From the IMG/VR virus record IMGVR_UViG_3300011264_000025, positions 1 through 27,306 of that record: a DNA stretch of 27,306 nt. One strand, given 5' to 3'. The DNA comes from a virus. Lineage: Duplodnaviria > Caudoviricetes. A model generated the notes under the pieces. It was not told the origin of the DNA. It saw only the letters and a program-made list of their open reading frames with translations, and did no database searches. Position numbers and translations under genes: made by a program. Shown piece by piece: positions 24,565 to 27,306 of this stretch (the first letter of the stretch is position 1; every line of letters begins with the position of its first letter).

Positions 24565-24732
24565 TTAAAACATATCTGCACGTCTACGTTCTGGGTTCCA
24601 ACTTTCATCAATATCTTCTACGGGAGCATTATATGGACTCCATACGTCGTAATCTAAATCAACATTAATACATACTACTGGAACACCCAAATCCCAGACT
24701 AAAAATTCGTGAGGAATAGGTTGAATATTCAT
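24565..24732 (-). CDS. 55-aa hypothetical protein (below the ORF-track cutoff)
   Basis: MNIQPIPHEFLVWDLGVPVVCINVDLDYDVWSPYNAPVEDIDESWNPERRRADMF*. It has an ATGA overlap with the upstream stop and ends 10 nt before the next ATG. Confidence 0.7.
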   Translation of the reverse strand: MNIQPIPHEFLVWDLGVPVVCINVDLDYDVWSPYNAPVEDIDESWNPERRRADMF

Positions 24733-25757
24733 GTTACTACAATATGATCGAATAAAGCCTTACTTTCTTGTAAAGGACATTCATTCATAAATAAATTATT
24801 TCTTAATTCAACATATACTACTCCAGTTCCTGTAGCTGTAAAAGTATATGGTCCTATATTAACCCATCCACTACCTGCGGGAGCAGTTACTGTTATATCT
24901 GAATTTAATCCAACAGCGGTATTTCTTTTTAATATCATTGTAGGTCGTTGTCCTGTTGCCGATTTTACTTGTTTACATAAAACACTTATTCTTCGTTGAC
25001 CCGGTTTAACAACCCATCTAAACCTCCACATGCCGGGCTGTGCAATTTCTAAACATGGAGAATTTGGATTTCCATCTGTTATATTTTTGCCTATTCCTAC
25101 TTGTAAATTTCTAAATCCTATACTATCATCTCCAACTATACTACTTGGTCCACCTAAATTAATCCCCTGCATTTCTCGCATAATACTACTACTAGCAATT
25201 AATCCACGTTTATTAAGCATAATTGTATATGCTGGAACTGATTTTGTAGTTTTTGTGATTGGTATCGTATTTGTATTATTTATGAATTGTACAAGATCCA
25301 AACAAATACTTCTATCTCCACCACCAATATTAAGTCCACTAAAAGTAATAGGCAATGTAGTTGCACTTGCAGTAAATGGTAACAAATATTGTGACCATGT
25401 TGTAAAACTTGGAGCAACTATAGAAGAACTTAAAGTATATGTTCCTATAAAAACTGAAAATTGTTGAGATGTAGCATTTCTTTGTAATGCCCAAATTGAC
25501 ATTGTATATGCTTGACCAATAGTAAATCCTCGCATTGCTTGCATAGTAGAACCAGTACCTTGCAAAACTACGTACCCAATTCCGTCTGGCGGAGTAACAT
25601 TTGTATACCCTGCTCCAGTGGATATACTTATTACCGAATTCCCTTCTAAATTAAATGTTGGAAACAATGTCCATCCTAAACTAGCAGATGAATTATTTGT
25701 AGAGTCTTCAAAACTGGAATTAAGGATTTGTATATTTGGATCAGATATAGTTACCAT
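24729..25757 (-). CDS. Putative virion carbohydrate-binding protein (galactose-binding-like / CBM jelly-roll plus a second beta domain)
   Basis: ILNSSFE...GWT...DGIGYVVLQG...Q...FTIGQAYTMSIW...WSQY...FTA...ITF...LDLVQF. The C-terminal domain ends GWVNIGPYTFTA...ALFDHIVV. Confidence 0.65.
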   Translation of the reverse strand: MVTISDPNIQILNSSFEDSTNNSSASLGWTLFPTFNLEGNSVISISTGAGYTNVTPPDGIGYVVLQGTGSTMQAMRGFTIGQAYTMSIWALQRNATSQQFSVFIGTYTLSSSIVAPSFTTWSQYLLPFTASATTLPITFSGLNIGGGDRSICLDLVQFINNTNTIPITKTTKSVPAYTIMLNKRGLIASSSIMREMQGINLGGPSSIVGDDSIGFRNLQVGIGKNITDGNPNSPCLEIAQPGMWRFRWVVKPGQRRISVLCKQVKSATGQRPTMILKRNTAVGLNSDITVTAPAGSGWVNIGPYTFTATGTGVVYVELRNNLFMNECPLQESKALFDHIVVT

Positions 25758-25758
25758 A

Positions 25759-26751
25759 TTATTGACTGTTTGTTTCTAATGTGTCAGTAATTTCCATTGT
25801 ATACATTCCACTGTTTCCACTTGATTTAATGATCATAAATGCTTTACCATTATAATCCCCAGATCCACTAAATGTTGAATTATCTACAAATGGTGCTATA
25901 CCATGTAACATTTGATACATTCCTCTCATTCTACCTCTAATTGTACTAGAGGCACTATCGACTACCCACAATGGACTCATATAAAAAGAATTATCACATG
26001 GATTTGGATAACTAATTGTGCCCAATAAAGTAGAAGAATTTCCTGATTTTACTTGGTCTCCATGAACTCCTATAGTAATCGCTCCACCAATTCCATGATA
26101 AGCATGTGCAGCAAAATGTCCAGCAGCAGCAGTTCCTAAAGTATTAGATAATAAATCCACTCGTTCTACAGTTGCAGTAGAAGAACTGGCAGTAGTTCTG
26201 CCAATAATCATACATCGACCAACATCAATAGATCCACTTTTTAATGAATAAAAATCTCCAAAGAAAAATGAATAGTATGTGTTTGCTGTATCCCCGGTTA
26301 ATACAAACATGTACATTGAACTACTATCTGCCATAACAATCCAAGATCTAGCAACTGATGTTGGAACTGCACTTTTTCGTAAAATGACCGCTCCCGCAGT
26401 AGCTCCATTTCCTCCACCAATAGCAGATTGTCCATAAGTTGGAAATGGATTACTTCCAGTAACTGCCCCCGCAGTCATTCCCGTAATTTGATCCCATCCT
26501 GTCATTACTGCTTCAGCACCACTAGCACTTCCGGACCCTGCATCATATACAAATAATGAACAAGTTGCGCCTGCACCCTGCTTATACATTCCATAACTAG
26601 ATGTATTTGCAAGTGGTTTTGTCCAACCAGCTCCCGGTTTAGAACCGTAACCAGTTACTAATATGGCATCTAATACTGTTAAAAGAGAACCTGTTATTCC
26701 ATTAAGAGTTGGTGCTCCAGAGTCACTTGAATTATAAATTGTAAATGCCAT
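25759..26751 (-). CDS. Putative tail-fibre / virion structural protein
   Basis: The N-terminus YNSSDSGAPTLNGITGSLLTVLDAILVTGYGSKPGAGWTKP resembles a recurrent phage virion-protein start. Gly/Ser/Thr-rich, with IRGRMRGMY near the C-terminus. Confidence 0.65.
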   Translation of the reverse strand: MAFTIYNSSDSGAPTLNGITGSLLTVLDAILVTGYGSKPGAGWTKPLANTSSYGMYKQGAGATCSLFVYDAGSGSASGAEAVMTGWDQITGMTAGAVTGSNPFPTYGQSAIGGGNGATAGAVILRKSAVPTSVARSWIVMADSSSMYMFVLTGDTANTYYSFFFGDFYSLKSGSIDVGRCMIIGRTTASSSTATVERVDLLSNTLGTAAAGHFAAHAYHGIGGAITIGVHGDQVKSGNSSTLLGTISYPNPCDNSFYMSPLWVVDSASSTIRGRMRGMYQMLHGIAPFVDNSTFSGSGDYNGKAFMIIKSSGNSGMYTMEITDTLETNSQ

Positions 26752-26754
26752 ACA

Positions 26755-27306
26755 TTAATTTGTTTCAACAGTTGCACTAGTTTCTATCAACCAATGACCT
26801 CCACTTGGACCACGTAATACTACTTGAAATGTTTTTCCAACATGTTCATTTGCTCCATAAAATGTCATTCCGTCTGATAAAGACGAACCTAAATGACAGA
26901 GATGATACATTCCTCTAAGTCTTCCTCGTAATAAACCGGTGGATGGTTCTGCAATCCATATCGGAGATACATAAACAGAATTATCAGACGGATTTATCAT
27001 AGGAATAACACCTTGACAAGTGGCTACTTGAGTTGATGTTCCCACAGGACTAGCTGCTAAAAACGTTGTATTTTTTCCCATGTCTCCAATTCGTACAACA
27101 TTTATACTTGAACCTCCTCCTCCAACTGTTCTAGGCATAAACATATTCGGCCATGAAATATCAGTAGGAGCCATCATTATATCAGAGGCATCGTATTTAT
27201 AAGTTGCTGTATTATTTTGTGTAGCACATCTACCGGATAATGCACATTTATAATTATCGGTTGAAAGTTTTAATGAGAATATATCTCCAAACATCATTCC
27301 GTAATA
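26755..27306 (-). CDS. Paralogue of the adjacent tail-fibre-like protein, 5' end outside the window
   Basis: The frame is open to the edge (YYGMMFGDIFSLK vs YYSFFFGDFYSLK). Shares NP.DNS.Y.SP.W, RGR.RGMY and terminal ETN with 25759..26751. Confidence 0.75.
   Translation of the reverse strand, partial: YYGMMFGDIFSLKLSTDNYKCALSGRCATQNNTATYKYDASDIMMAPTDISWPNMFMPRTVGGGGSSINVVRIGDMGKNTTFLAASPVGTSTQVATCQGVIPMINPSDNSVYVSPIWIAEPSTGLLRGRLRGMYHLCHLGSSLSDGMTFYGANEHVGKTFQVVLRGPSGGHWLIETSATVETN

Noticed and set aside
8531-24674. Extra motif copies at 8531 and 24473 (TATTTATA) and 24667 (TATGTATT)
   Set aside because: They lie inside coding sequence and are expected by chance in AT-rich DNA, although 8531 could serve the next gene.
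202-25467. Many 60-145 aa plus-strand and nested alternative-frame ORFs in the track
   Set aside because: All lie within longer motif-bearing minus-strand genes and show no recognisable features or expression signals.
1-27306. Stop-codon recoding, tRNAs, CRISPR arrays, DGR template/variable repeats
   Set aside because: Long intact ORFs tile the window in the standard code with TAA, TGA and TAG all used as stops. I saw no cloverleaf, regularly spaced repeats or near-identical ~100-nt pairs.

Overview
This 27.3-kb window is the tail and baseplate region of a large AT-rich myovirus with T4-like tail architecture. Nearly all genes lie on the minus strand and use the standard genetic code. In transcription order it encodes: two paralogous tail-fibre-like proteins; a carbohydrate-binding-module protein; a 55-aa ORF missed by the track; a coiled-coil protein; the tail sheath; a ~7-kb block of non-tail genes (722-aa protein with a RuvA C-terminal-like domain, HAD 5'-nucleotidase, Zn-ribbon protein, 1014-aa nucleotidyltransferase/GNAT-like/ART-like multi-module protein, stand-alone ADP-ribosyltransferase); the tail tube; two acidic helical proteins; a tail-assembly-chaperone pair; an inverted membrane-protein gene; the tape measure; a triple-repeat protein; baseplate proteins; an RHH gene plus a putative homing endonuclease; a baseplate hub-like protein; and a short family A DNA polymerase. 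The main leads are: (1) a candidate head-packaged effector cassette with T4-like [ILVM]-x-E cleavage motifs at module junctions; (2) a T7-run +1/-2 frameshift joining the chaperone ORFs; (3) a recurring upstream motif TATTTATA, the reverse complement of the T4 late promoter; (4) a PolA lacking most of its thumb. All family calls come from recognising motifs by eye, not from database searches.
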